A stretch of DNA of 62,973 nucleotides, counting the filler, from Cercozoa sp. M6MM (taxonomy: Eukaryota > Protista > Endomyxa: Ascetosporea): assembly GCA_040357565.1 (NCBI GenBank). It is 7 parts of 7 records of this genome, joined end to end, with 100 filler letters (N's around TTAATTAATTAA, not from the genome) between each part and the next. Parts side by side here need not be neighbours in the genome. Positions count along the whole stretch, not along the records: positions 37,173 to 52,613 come from JBDODJ010000306.1; 6 more parts are not named here. One strand, 5' to 3'. Under the pieces are notes generated by a model that worked only from the letters and a program-made list of their open reading frames with translations, did no database searches and was not told the DNA's origin. The first letter of the stretch is position 1. Every line of letters begins with the position of its first letter. This document shows positions 40,375 through 51,846 of the stretch, one piece after another. The position numbers and the translations under genes were made by a program.

Positions 40375-40964
40375 CCGAGTTCCGAGTATGTTAGAGTCAG
40401 TCACGGCACTTGTACAGCCAATCCCGAAGTAGGGTAGCGTAATTACGCCGTAATTACGCAGCGTATCGCTCTTCCAAAACGTACCACAGCAGGACATGTG
40501 TGCACCATCACACTGATTCGCTGTCCTACGAAACTTTGAACGTGTCTGTCGGTTTCTGGGGTCTGGATTTGCTGTCGTTTTGCGAGGGCACCTGGGGCAG
40601 CTGTTTATCCAGGTGCTGGAGATGCAGTTGAACCGTTGGCATGATACTTAATTGCAATAATGCCAAAGTTATCTCTGTCCTGCAACGTCTTCGGTAATAC
40701 GGGGCGCCCGACAAGGGACATCCGTCTTTAATTCCTTTTGTGTCCACTTGAACTGTGTCTTGCAATATTGGTCCGCGTTGTACATGTGTACAGCCGGCTG
40801 CTGTAGATAGCGTAGACGGTCGCAGAATCGGTGCGTAATGTGCGCAGAATCGGTGTTTATGCATGTTTTGACAGAAATTCTGCACAATCTTGACAGTATT
40901 TCCTCACCCGCAGACACTGACAGACTCGGAACTCGGCTATATATGAGTCTTTCAGTTTACCGCC
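40351..40964. mobile_element. Non-autonomous TIR DNA element (~614 bp), possibly a PIF/Harbinger-type deletion derivative
   Basis: Imperfect ~50-bp inverted repeats: 40351 GGCGGTAAACTGAAAGACGC----ATAGCCGAGTTCCGAGT versus the reverse complement of the repeat ending at 40964, GGCGGTAAACTGAAAGACTCATATATAGCCGAGTTCCGAGT. The interior has no introns and carries broken minus-strand ORFs. No intact TSD. Confidence 0.7.
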
Positions 40965-41467
40965 TATTTGTTCTGGACTAGGAGTTCCACCCTACAGTAG
41001 AAAACTTGGGTCTAGGTTCGCACGGATGCAGCGTGCGGATTAAACGAAAGCGAAGAAACGATATGCGCACGGCATCCATCGCAGACGGAAACAAACAGCA
41101 AATGACAACCGGCAAAAACCCTTCGAGAGCCTACAATCAACCTCCCGCGGTAGCACAACGATGTAAATTATTGGGTTTAATTTCACACCTTATGTGAAGA
41201 GATCGTTCTTTGCTCTAAACCAGAAAGGCTTGATTTTCTTGAGTCACCACCCCGATCGATGAGTCATCGGGAATGATCACTCGAGAGTTTCGCGTGGTCG
41301 CACTTTGACTTTGACAACGACTTGTTCTGCGCTACATTTAAGCGTTCTTTATTGTTATTTTTATCGCACTCAAGCGTTATCTCAGGTGAGACCCCTGCAC
41401 GGTCCATTGGGTGCTCGGGTGCATGTGTGTCATTTTGTCGGACAGACCCGCACACTGACTGTCGAAA

Positions 41468-42885
41468 ATGAAGCTTCTGATTGCGTCTCTGATGGCTGCC
41501 ACGGCACAGGCCGAGTGGGTCTCGTCGCCCAACGAGCTCTACGCCGTCAACATGCCGGATGCCCAGATGTAAATTTCAGCTTCCGAACTTCCTCCGTTAT
41601 GTTTTTACTGTTTTGGGTATCCTTGTCCAGGGTGGACGTGCAGGTGTACCAGGACTCGGAGGAGGTGCAAGCTGCTGCCCTCTCGCGCACGCTTGATCGT
41701 GTCGGCTTCAGCAACCCGCACGGTACGTCATGTTGAGTGCTTTTTATCTAAGAGTGTCAGTTGATCTATCCTACAAATTTTAAAACTGACTGGCTGTGTT
41801 TAGAGGAGATGTGGCTCCAGTCGGTCAAGGTGGCTGGCGGCACCAACTGCGCCGATTACTTCCTCTCGATGTTTGGCGACAACCCGAACGTACTCTACAA
41901 TTTCAAGTCGTTTTATGTAATTTTAATTTTTGGAGGATGGCAACAGATGGTGGACGACATTAGCGAGGGCGGCAAGGCTCTCCTGGTGCACGAGAAGGCT
42001 GGCCAGGTGCACGCTCTGCGTCATGCGTGTCTCGAGACGCCCAAGAAGGATGTCCTGTACTCTAGCTCTTTTTTTCTTGCATTTTTCTGATTGCTCCAGT
42101 TATAAGTCTCTGTGCTGAACAGTCTTGTGGCTGGCCACGTTGACAAAAAGTCGTCGGCGCACGAGGTCGACGCGCGTGACTTCAAGCTGCTTTCGTTGCT
42201 GCGCAACATCAGCTTTGACGTTCGTCGGTACACTCAGTCTTTTGGACAGTGTATATATGTATTATAAATATAAATTTATATTTGAATATAAATTTAGCAT
42301 CCAAAACTCGCCGGTGCTCGAGGAGAGCAAGCACGCCGGTCGCGTGAGCGACGAGGGCGACGATGTGTCGGCGCAGGTGTACCAATGCGGTGACACTAAG
42401 GACACGTGCCAGTGCGGCGCCAACAACCCGTTCCCGTGCTGTTCCAACGGCGGCAACTGCACCTGGGTATCACTGCTTCCCACCGGAGCGTTTTTTCATT
42501 TCGACTCGTGTCTGCAAAATGACAGTACGCGTGGCACTCGGGTTGCTGCCATTGGGGCATCAACGTGCCTGCTCGTCGTAACGCCAAGGAGTGGTCGTGG
42601 GAGCTGCGTAACGCAGGCTGGAAGATCACCACTGTACTGACTTTTTGAATTTGTCTGCCACATTTTTCTGTTTCATTTTTCTATTTCTGATATCCATCCG
42701 CACAGGGTCCGCGTGTCAACTCGATCTCGATTCGCAAGCTCGGTGACTACGGCCACGTCGCCTGGGTCTACAAGGTCTCGGGTGGCAACGTGCACGTGCG
42801 CGAGCAGGGCTGCTGGGGCTGGTACGGCACGCGCTCCTGGACCTACTCGTCGACCTACTTCCAGGAGTACGCCACGCCGTGGTAA
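41468..42885 (+). CDS. Secreted protein with a C-terminal CHAP (cysteine/histidine amidohydrolase-peptidase) domain, 8 exons
   Basis: Signal peptide MKLLIASLMAATAQA. Spliced C-terminus: NNPFPCCSNGGNCTWYAWHSG...RNAKEWSWELRNAGWKITTGPRVNSISIRKLGDYGHVAWVYKVSGGNVHVREQG...YATPW*. Confidence 0.85.
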
Positions 42886-42998
42886 ATGTTTCAGACTGAC
42901 TCAGATTGTGCTGTCTCCGCAAAGTCGGTACATACTAGACGAATGTTTCTGTCATACGCATTGCACTCAACTTGTGATCAACACCGGCCCCTTAAACT

Positions 42999-44202
42999 AT
43001 GTCATTGCCGGTTCCGGGTTCGAGGTTCCCAAGCGCTGTAGCACCAAAGCAGGACTACACAGAACAAATAATAAGAAGCACTAAAGCCAGTGGGTTCGCT
43101 TTTAGTATTGTTCAGTTTTCGTGCTGTTGTCAAACTGTGCTTTTCTTTTTGTGGTCCCAGTGCCAGCGACCTTGGAGTTGAGTTGCGGCTGTGGCGCACC
43201 CCACACCGACCTCTGGCGTATCCGATGCCAATACAAGAAATCCACGGACTTTGCCTTTGTGCTGGGCGATGAGCATGTGCGCGCTCACTCTGCCGTGGTA
43301 CGGGACTGTTCTCTTGCGTGGATTCGGAGTGTTTATTTGAAGCCGGTGGTAGATCATGGGAACTTCCAAAGTCGTTGAGCGAATGGTGACGGTAGATCTG
43401 CATTGTGAAATTGTTGCCCTTTGGATTGCGAACACATATTAAAATATAAAGAGCAACTTCAAGAACAAGTTCCAGTACGCCGTCGAAGGGTAAAATTATC
43501 TCGGCTGCAAGATCTCGCCGAGAGTTTTTCTGTGTGAGCAGCTTTAGTTCAGTGGTCGTGAAGAAATTTGTTGCGCTGTCGTATGGGTACATTTAAATAA
43601 ACAATTTTCCCTTGCAGTTGGCAAGATTTTGTTTTTTTGAAGACTCTGCGTCAAAGTGAAGCTCACGGAAATGAATGATTTGCTCCGATTCGCCGATTCA
43701 CTGCTAGCGCCGTCGATTTCAGGTACAGCATCTTTCGTTTTGGTTTTGCGGCAGTTGCACACTGCACATTACATTTCTTCTTGAATTGATTTTATTTTGC
43801 GACTGAATGTTAGCGTTGATTGTGGACGCCATCGCACCGGAACAGCTGTCGTTGCCGCAAAGAACAGTCGTTGTTGTATCCTCTCTGTAAGTCTTTGTGC
43901 TGTATTGTTGCAAGCAAACACGCTGATAGGACGCGCTGTTGCAAGTGTACCTGCGTGAGAAGAATCAAATCGCTGGTGGCCACAAGAAGCTGAAGAAAGG
44001 CAAGAAGAACAAGATGCGAAACCAAAAGAGCAAAACTTCCGTTCAAGTCTCAGCAGGTGACAGTGACATGACTGGCAGTGCCACCAGTCTCGATGCCGAG
44101 TCTCTCGACTGCGATAGCGACAACGAACTTGACTCTGACTACGGCATCGTTCCGGACGACACTGACTTTGTAATACCCCTTCATGCCTGTTTGGATCCCT
44201 GA
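42999..44202 (+). CDS. BTB/POZ-domain protein
   Basis: Spliced: STDFAFVLGDEHVRAHSAVIMGTSKVVERMVT...FSSVVVKKFVALSYG...MNDLLRFADSLL, followed by a K-rich and then an acidic tail. Confidence 0.78.
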
Positions 44203-44239
44203 TTAGGGGTTTCTCGTGTTTGACTAAACTTAGGTTTCG

Positions 44240-45988
44240 CTCCTGATTTCGCAAGTCAAGGAGCTTCTAAACGAATGTCTGGGTATGCACTGTATCCGCG
44301 GTATACCGCTTTGATGTAGATCACTGTATTTCAGCCTTTTACAAAACCTCGATCACTCCGAAAACATGCTCGCTCCGGTCGCTTTTCGAATTGCTGGTTC
44401 AGCATTTTTATTCAAGAGAATCTCTGTGATTTAAAGCTGTGGTCATTGGTTGCATGTCGATAGAACACACTGATGCCGGTTTGTATGCATGTCACTGACC
44501 ACAAGCGTCGACTTAATCACCTCAAGGAGGTAAAATACTGTAGTTCTTCGCGGTATTTCAAACTTGAGCTTTGAAAGAGATTCTCTAGGTCTCGGAGTTG
44601 TTGATTTCGGCGTTTTACCGCGGCGCCGGTTCTTCGTTCCGCGAGCTGGTCACTGGGCTTCTCGATCGGTACAGTCAACCGCATGGGACAGAAAAAGCTA
44701 AACAAAGAAACCTCGAGATTAAAAAGGTTTGTGTGTGTCTGTTTAGCAAAGTACTCAGGTACTTGGTGGAGAAGGGATTCGGTGATGGAAGTCAAACGAC
44801 GTCACCGCGCGCTCTTCTTGCCATGTCCTGGTAGTCCCAAGTTCTTAGGACACAAAGTTGTAAACAGAGCACGCCCCAGGGTCGATCCTGTTGGCGCACG
44901 CAAGCTGATTCCAGACGTGCCTGCGTTCCTGTCGCAGCAGTCACATGAGGTTCTTTCGTTCGTTTGAGTGGATCAACGAGATGCACTCTAGTGTTTATTT
45001 TACCAATTTGGTGCTTGTAGAACCTGCTGCATGTCTTTCAACCCATCGGAGTCTTTTCCGACTACGAGATCATGTACAATTTCAGCACTTGTCTCTTATT
45101 TAGTGTTGTGCTTTACTGTCCTTAAAAAATCCTGTACATGCAGTGCTGCACTGAAGGAGGTGAGCCCGCCAAAGTTGCCGTTTGACGGTCCTGCCGATGT
45201 TGAGCGTACGCCGTTATTTCTGTTTATTTCCCAGACAAGAAGAGGCGCTATTATTGACATTGTGATGACGTAGTGACCTGCGCGCAACGTGATGACGACG
45301 CGTGGCGTCAGAAACTCACGCGGTACTACAGTTGTCTTACAGGGACCGCGGTTGTTTTCTTTCATTTGATCTCCATCATTTGACAGAAACATGAGAGTTG
45401 ACGTGCTCCATCAAAGCACCAACACTTGGTAGCGCATGTTTTCTGCTTTGTGAATTCAAACCGATGGTTTTTTTGCTGACCAGGGTTCGCTGCATGGTCG
45501 TGAACGTTCTCAGACAAGGTTACTATCGAACAACACGTGATCGAACACATGGTCGGGATTTCCGGATCCAATCACTGCAATCGGAGCCGTCGCAAATTTC
45601 CATCTCTGAGGATTTTAATCGATTCTCAAAGCGCTTGCGGCCTGGGATCGCAGAAGGTGCAAACTGAACAAAGCGTGAAATCTGGATTTAAATTTACCGC
45701 TTTCCTCTGTATACCTGTAGAGGATCGCTTCGTGGACCACTGATCTGGAGCACTGTGACGCAAGTCACACCTTGTATTCCGCTTTTTATTCCGCTTTCTA
45801 GGTGATACTAGTGCAGACTACTTAATAGGGCGCAACCACGACAAGCTAAGTTGCGTCTTCGTCTTCTTGGTTTTGCCTTGCCTCGGTGCACGATGTTGAG
45901 TGGGATTGCTTCTTGCCGCTATCACGCCTTCCATAAGTGAGACCTTTTCGATTTCTCCTTTTGCTTTTAAACTACTTGGGTTTCTCAT
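44240..45988 (-). CDS. Hypothetical multi-exon protein
   Basis: Minus-strand open segments with plausible GT-AG ends (MRNPSSLKAKGEIEK..., FAPSAIPGRKRFENRLK...). Structure and ends unresolved. Confidence 0.3.
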
Positions 45989-46459
45989 ACGAAGGAGCCT
46001 CGTACTAGGGTGCCTACAACAAGACTCAAAATACAGTTAAAAAAAAAGAATTTACAGACTAAATAGTACCTCGTATTTGGACGACTCGTACCGTACTGCC
46101 TCGTCTGGGGTTCATCAGAAATATCAAGGGGTAATTTGAGATGTGCCTGGTAGGAGTGCGCGTCGCCACGCCCGCAGCACCACCTGCCAAAACCAAATTA
46201 TTCAGCGAGTTACGAGTGACGGCAAGTCACTTACTCAGAGCTAAATACCACCACATCCTCTCGCCTGGTGCAGTAAAAGTGCAAAAAAAAAAACAACAAC
46301 GCACAAGCACCCAATTGCAAGAGGAGTTCTGCCGCTGCAGCAGGAGGAGTTCAAATAACCAAGCACACTCATTCAATCGTGCCGAATTAAAGGGAATTGG
46401 CAACAGTCTAAATTTAACTTAAATCGTACCTGACACACTTCGCGTACTGTACTCGGTGT

Positions 46460-49400
46460 GATGGCATTCACAATCACGTAACTGAACAGTCGCCCGACCT
46501 CCAGCACGTCATCGTCACGCCGCTCGCGGGAAAACTATCCGCGCGAAACTTACGCTGCTTTACCACAAAGTCGGCAGCAGAACGGCGGCACCAAGCTGTG
46601 TGCGTTCTTAAGGTCAGTTGCACGGAGTGAAGTCTGCCTTTAGTCAGGTTTTAGTGCGAGAAACGACTACCGGTATTTTGCCGATACACTTGCCGATCAT
46701 CTGCGGCTGTATGATATGCATGACAGCACGTATAGATAGTCCGAAAAGCGCCAATGCGATACTGGCCTGGCAGCTCGAAAATAAGCGCGAAGCGCACCAA
46801 CTTTCTTCTCGCTTCGGGTAAGTTCAATTCGAATGAAAAACTCAGTTCACTTTGCCAAGCTTCGTTCTTTGTGGCAGTGGCGACCCTGTTGTCCATTATT
46901 GCAATTGGACTCTTGATTGGCAGTAGTGTCACCCGTCGAAGTGCTTCCAATGTGCGGCAGTTTGTTGAGCTGTGTACACCTGCTATCATTATGTTGTCCG
47001 TAGGCTTCGAATCGAATGGCGACTTTGGCCGTCCCGAGCGAAGACAAGAGCGCATTGTTGTCTACTCCCATCGCAGAAAAGACGCTCACTGCTTACTTTT
47101 TGTATGCTGAGATTTTTTAATTTGGCGACGGCGGATTCATTAATTTCTGACTGAACTGAGTGTGCTTGATTACAGCAACATCACCAACCTCGTGGACGTG
47201 GTCACCGAGGGACAACCTCCACAACCCGAGAAGATCGGCCCTTTCACATGGAAGGTACTGCACCCATATGTTTGTTTGCTGAAACTGCTTTTTTAAACCT
47301 TTTGTATTCTTGTCTTAGGTGTTTGAGAGCCGTCGTGACGTCGCATTTTCACCAGATGAGTCCGAAGTCTCCTTTCACATGTCGCGACGCGCCGTGTTTG
47401 ATCCAGTCAACAGCTGCAAGAATTGTGAGCCTTGCCTTGTCTTTCTCCTCGAGTTTAATTGGACGGGTATTGTGTTTCTTGAGTACAGGCAAGGAAACTG
47501 ACACGGTGAACACGGTGTACTTGACGTTTCTCGAATTGCTGATGAAAATCGGAGGCGAAAGCCAGCTTCCGTTCGTGTTTGCCGGACCAGTGCTGGAAAT
47601 GTTGGTGGCAGAGTTGTCTCAAAAGTCTGAACTGGCTTCAGAGCAGGTAGTATTTTCCATCTGTAGCGAACAAGTACGACTAAAACAAGCCTTGTAGGAT
47701 ATCGCGACACAATGGGCTCAAGGCGGAATTCTTCCCCAGTCGCTCGGTCTTGAGTGTAAATACCTCTCATTCACAGTGGACAAATTTACAACGCGTGTCT
47801 GTTTAGACCACTTGTGGTTGAAGGAGCACGAAGGAAGCGCTCAAGTGGTCCATTTGACACCTGAGCGTGCAGCCGAAATCATTTTCGCCGACCGACCTGG
47901 CGCAGCTTTCGCACGACAGGGTACCCGTCCAACTGAATTCTGTGATCCCTTGAGTCTTTATACTATTCTTCCTCTAGACGAAGAACGCGGTTTTTGGATT
48001 GCGAGCGAGTTCCTGCGCGATGAGCGCTCGATGGGTCTCCACCTCGCGTCGCAGCGCTTCGACCTGACTGACGAGGAAGGTGCCTTATACAACTTCAGTC
48101 GATTTCCCCTTGCAGTTGAGTGAATTAAACCGTATGAGACAGGTCTGTCGATCAAGCAGTACTTGAAGTGGGTGGTGGCACGCCAGATGCGTCCAATGCT
48201 CGAGAACGCAGGCGTTCTACTGTCGCAGCAGCCGCCGCACATCTTTTTGCAAAAGCCGGTCAAGTCGCTTCTCTTTGGCGATGAGAAGTTGGGTACTCGT
48301 TTTGAAACACTTTCTTGAACACACCCTACAGTTTTTACTCCGATTTTGTTGGAACAGACGCTCTTGCCGCCTTACTGGAACGAACTGATGCGGAGGTGCA
48401 CTTTAACTTGAGTTTTTAATTCGCCTACTGGGGGAAAAACGCTTAACCAAGATTAGAACTTCGATTTTTTTGACAGGACGACGATCAAGGCGGCGTGCAA
48501 CAGCCGCTTCCATTCTTCCCGTTGAGTGACGAGACGTTGGACCAGTTCCGACTGACGGTGTCGACGGGTGCTGACTCCAAGCAGGTTGGCGGCAAGCTGC
48601 TTCGAGTCAACGGAGTCAATGAGCTGCCGTCGCGCGATCAGGACCCGTTCTCCGCGATGCACTTTGCGTGCCACACGCGTGTGCCCATCCGAGGCAGTGT
48701 CAACGGTGTGTTTGGCGACACTCGCGGATCAGGAGCTTTCGCCTCGTGGTCGGATGCAGTCAAGGTGACCGACACGGTCGACATGTTCTCGCCGCTGCTG
48801 ATGCGACCGATCCGTCTGCGTCAGCACCGATCGACCACTCTGGGTGACGGTGTGCACGCTCGTTTGCTGGTGCCCGCCGTCTCGCAGTTCCGCGAGAGCG
48901 ACATGAACGACTTTGTTCGAGACAATGTGCTCGACTCGCGCTGCCGCTCTAAAACTCCAGTACGCTGCTTAACTTCAACAACTTTCGCTTCCGCGTGGAT
49001 GCACCTGAATGTGAATAAATTTGTTTTCAGTTGCTGCTGACTCCGACCAAGTACACCGGAACTGGCAACTGGAAGGTTATTGCGAGTGACAGCAAACTGA
49101 AGAGCAAGAGTCCAGACGACAACGACTTTTTTGCCGATCCGGATGGTTTGGCTTTTTCTCCTGTTTTCGGTTTCAGTTTTTGCTCTATTTTCTGTTTCTG
49201 ACTGTCTGTTGTTTGAGCAGAAGTTTCGAGTCGTCGCGCGGAAGTTCTGGTGGACGCAGCGAGCGGCGTCGCTCTGCGGACCACCGAGTGGGCACAAGGC
49301 AACGTGCTGGTGCCGGCCTGGCTTACAGCAACGCAGGAGTCTGAGGCCAAGGACATGAAGCATGAGTTCCTGACGCCACTATTTGCTGTTAAGATGGAGC

Positions 49401-49781
49401 AGAAACTGTCTCCAAAGCAACGCGAAGCAGTTGCGGCCCTGAACTCGGCGATTCGCCGACAGACGCGCCTGGTGTGGTTCGGAATCGCTCTGATGGCCGC
49501 TGCTTTGGTGCAGTTGGAACTTTACTTCTAAAAAGGGGGTGTACAGTCGGAACGAATTCTGTAAACCGCAGGTGCTCTTTGGCATGCTGTTCCTGCGCAT
49601 GCGCACAGAGTCGCTATCGGGAGGCGGTCGCAAGAGCGTTTCTGCCGCCAAGCAACGCTTCTCGCAGGTGGAAACCGACTCGCAAGCTCCGCTGCAGGAA
49701 GCCGCCTTCCGTATTCAAGAGGTCGCCACTGTGGACGACACTCAGGACGACCAGACCGTTGAGCAAGTCGAACTGGCTTGA
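46460..49781 (+). CDS. CD36/LIMP-2 (class B scavenger receptor, lysosomal membrane protein) family
   Basis: N-terminal TM (VATLLSIIAIGLLIG), NITNLVDVVTEGQPPQPEKIGPFTWK, KPVKSLLFG, FSPLLMRPI, VDAASGVAL, and a C-terminal TM. 5' end uncertain. Confidence 0.75.
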
Positions 49782-49893
49782 TTGGATCGTCAGGCGAGGG
49801 GAAATGCACCGCTTGGTGCATGACTCAACTTTTAGAACTGAAAACCGCGCGCCGAGAGTAATGCATACTACACACCCCGAGAACCCAGTGCCA

Positions 49894-50130
49894 GTAATTT
49901 CCCGGTAATTACCGGTTAATTTCCGAGAACAGAAATTACCGGGAAATTACCCGGTAATTAACTGAATTTTTTATCACGGATATACCGGTAATTACCGGGT
50001 AATTACTGACTTATTTCCAACTAATTACCGGGTTATTTCCAATTAATTACCGGGTTATTTCCGATTAATTACCGGGTTATTTCCAATTAATTACCGGGTT
50101 ATTTCCAGTTAGTTACCAAAAAATTACCGA
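49894..50130. repeat. Intergenic minisatellite and palindrome cluster built on AATTACCGGG
   Basis: Four 22-bp units AATTAATTACCGGGTTATTTCC at 50019-50106, plus a perfect 17-bp inverted pair at 49894-49910 / 49934-49950. Confidence 0.9.
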
Positions 50131-50147
50131 CAAATCGAATTGTCGAA

Positions 50148-51330
50148 TTACATTCGGCCGCGTCCGTAGCTCGCTCGCCAACAGGAACGTCGGCAACTTG
50201 CGTCAGTTCTTGGCACGACTGCGTCCACGAACACCGCTACGCGCCGAGCTACGACGAACCAAACGCTGCCGCTTGGCCGGTGGGTCTCGTTCAGCTGGCA
50301 CAGCTGCTCTCTTGTGGCACTTGGTCGTGAGAACACGATGCAGCACCTGCACAGTGCTACAAAAACTCCATTGGTCTCAAAACAAGACAGCAACAAACAA
50401 GAGGCGTACCTCTAGCGCGCAAACTCCATCCCGACATCGCACTGCGCATACCACCATGTAAAACACCAGGACACCGGGGGGGGGGCTGCCTCGTAACTGA
50501 CCTTGTCGATTCCAGGAATTGCGAGGCCATCTGGGTTGACTTCGAGCTTCCGCTCAGCACCAGAAGACATAGCACCATGGGGGCAAGCATCCTGCCTGCG
50601 CAAACAAGAGGACAGTAAACATCGCGAAAGTAAAACAGACCAAAACGCCGGTACCCGAAACAGTGTCACTCGTCTTAAACAGCACCGTGGTCAGCGGCTT
50701 CAGAATGTTGGCGTCGGAGTCATTGTGCTGCGTGACCTGAAAGCTGGTCGGTCCCATCTGCGTCTGCGACCACACATAGTAACGAAAGGGTGAGTGATAC
50801 CGACAGTGGAAGCACCAAAATACTTCAAAAGTCCGAGGGAGCGCTCTCGCCCGCACTGGCCTGGGCGAATGTGCTGGCCGACCACCACTCGGGCCACCAT
50901 CGATTCGGAGATGACGAATGAGTCTGCATACCTTTCGTACAACACATACACACAATAGCGTTCGGTACCGTGCCAAGCGAACAAACCTCGCAGTCACCAA
51001 ACTCGGCGTCCCACACAAGAAAAACGTTTCGCTTGGGTGTCAGCGAACTTGTTCTGCTTCAGTGCTCTGTTGAGCAGAACAGCAATCACTCCCCGTACAC
51101 AGCTTGCGGCGCTCGTGGGGAGCTTGCAGGGCGATAAGCCAGAATCCCGCAAACTCGCAAAACATTTCGCAACGTCAGCAAGCTCGCGCTTGAACAGCAC
51201 CACACCACTACTCGGTCCGATGCTCGTTGACTCGTCTAACATGCGCCACTGGAGCGCTGGTGCGATCGTCAAATGGCGATCATGGTGACATGTGTTGCTG
51301 CACGCGCAGATGATAGAGTGCTTGGCCACA
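50148..51330 (-). CDS. Hypothetical multi-exon protein
   Basis: Several minus-strand exon-like segments (QWRMLDESTSIGPSSGVVLFKRELADV..., YADSFVISESMVARVVVGQH...). No family recognised. Confidence 0.35.
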
Positions 51331-51564
51331 AAATTAGCATACTAATCCGATTACAGCTGTGCTGACCTAGTGCAACTGTCCTACCGATGCCCACGCGGAA
51401 CCGCCAAATTTTGCCACCCAGCATCAACGATCCAAAGTGAGCTTGTAATGGATCTACTTACCTCATACGATATCCGTCTGTAGCAATGATCTTATGCAAT
51501 CTTACTCATATGTATATATATCGTACAAATACATAAATTTACAGTATTTACCCGCTTGGGGATG

Positions 51565-51846
51565 CATGCATGCATACACATACATTCATACACATACATA
51601 CATACATACGTACATAAATTTACACATACATACATACATACACATAGATGCATACATACATACATACATAATTTACATACATACATACATACATAAATTT
51701 ACATACATACATACATAAATTTACATACATACATACATATATACACTTACATACACATACATACATAAATTTACATACATACATACATATACACTTGCAT
51801 ACACATACATACATATATACACTTACATACACATACATACATACAT
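51565..51846. repeat. (CATA)n-rich compound microsatellite
   Basis: Degenerate CATA/TACA tandem array. Confidence 0.9.

Noticed and set aside
41890-41949. Apparent non-canonical intron in the CHAP gene (first AG gives a frameshift)
   Set aside because: A downstream CAG gives a normal 60-nt GT-AG intron that keeps the frame (NPN|MVDD).
42989-46131. Suspected decayed transposon bounded by CCCCTT...AAGGGG
   Set aside because: Only a 6-bp match with no TTAA TSD, and 42999-44202 splices cleanly into a BTB gene.
50019-50106. 22-bp repeats as a CRISPR array
   Set aside because: The units are contiguous with no spacers, there are no cas genes, and the context is eukaryotic.
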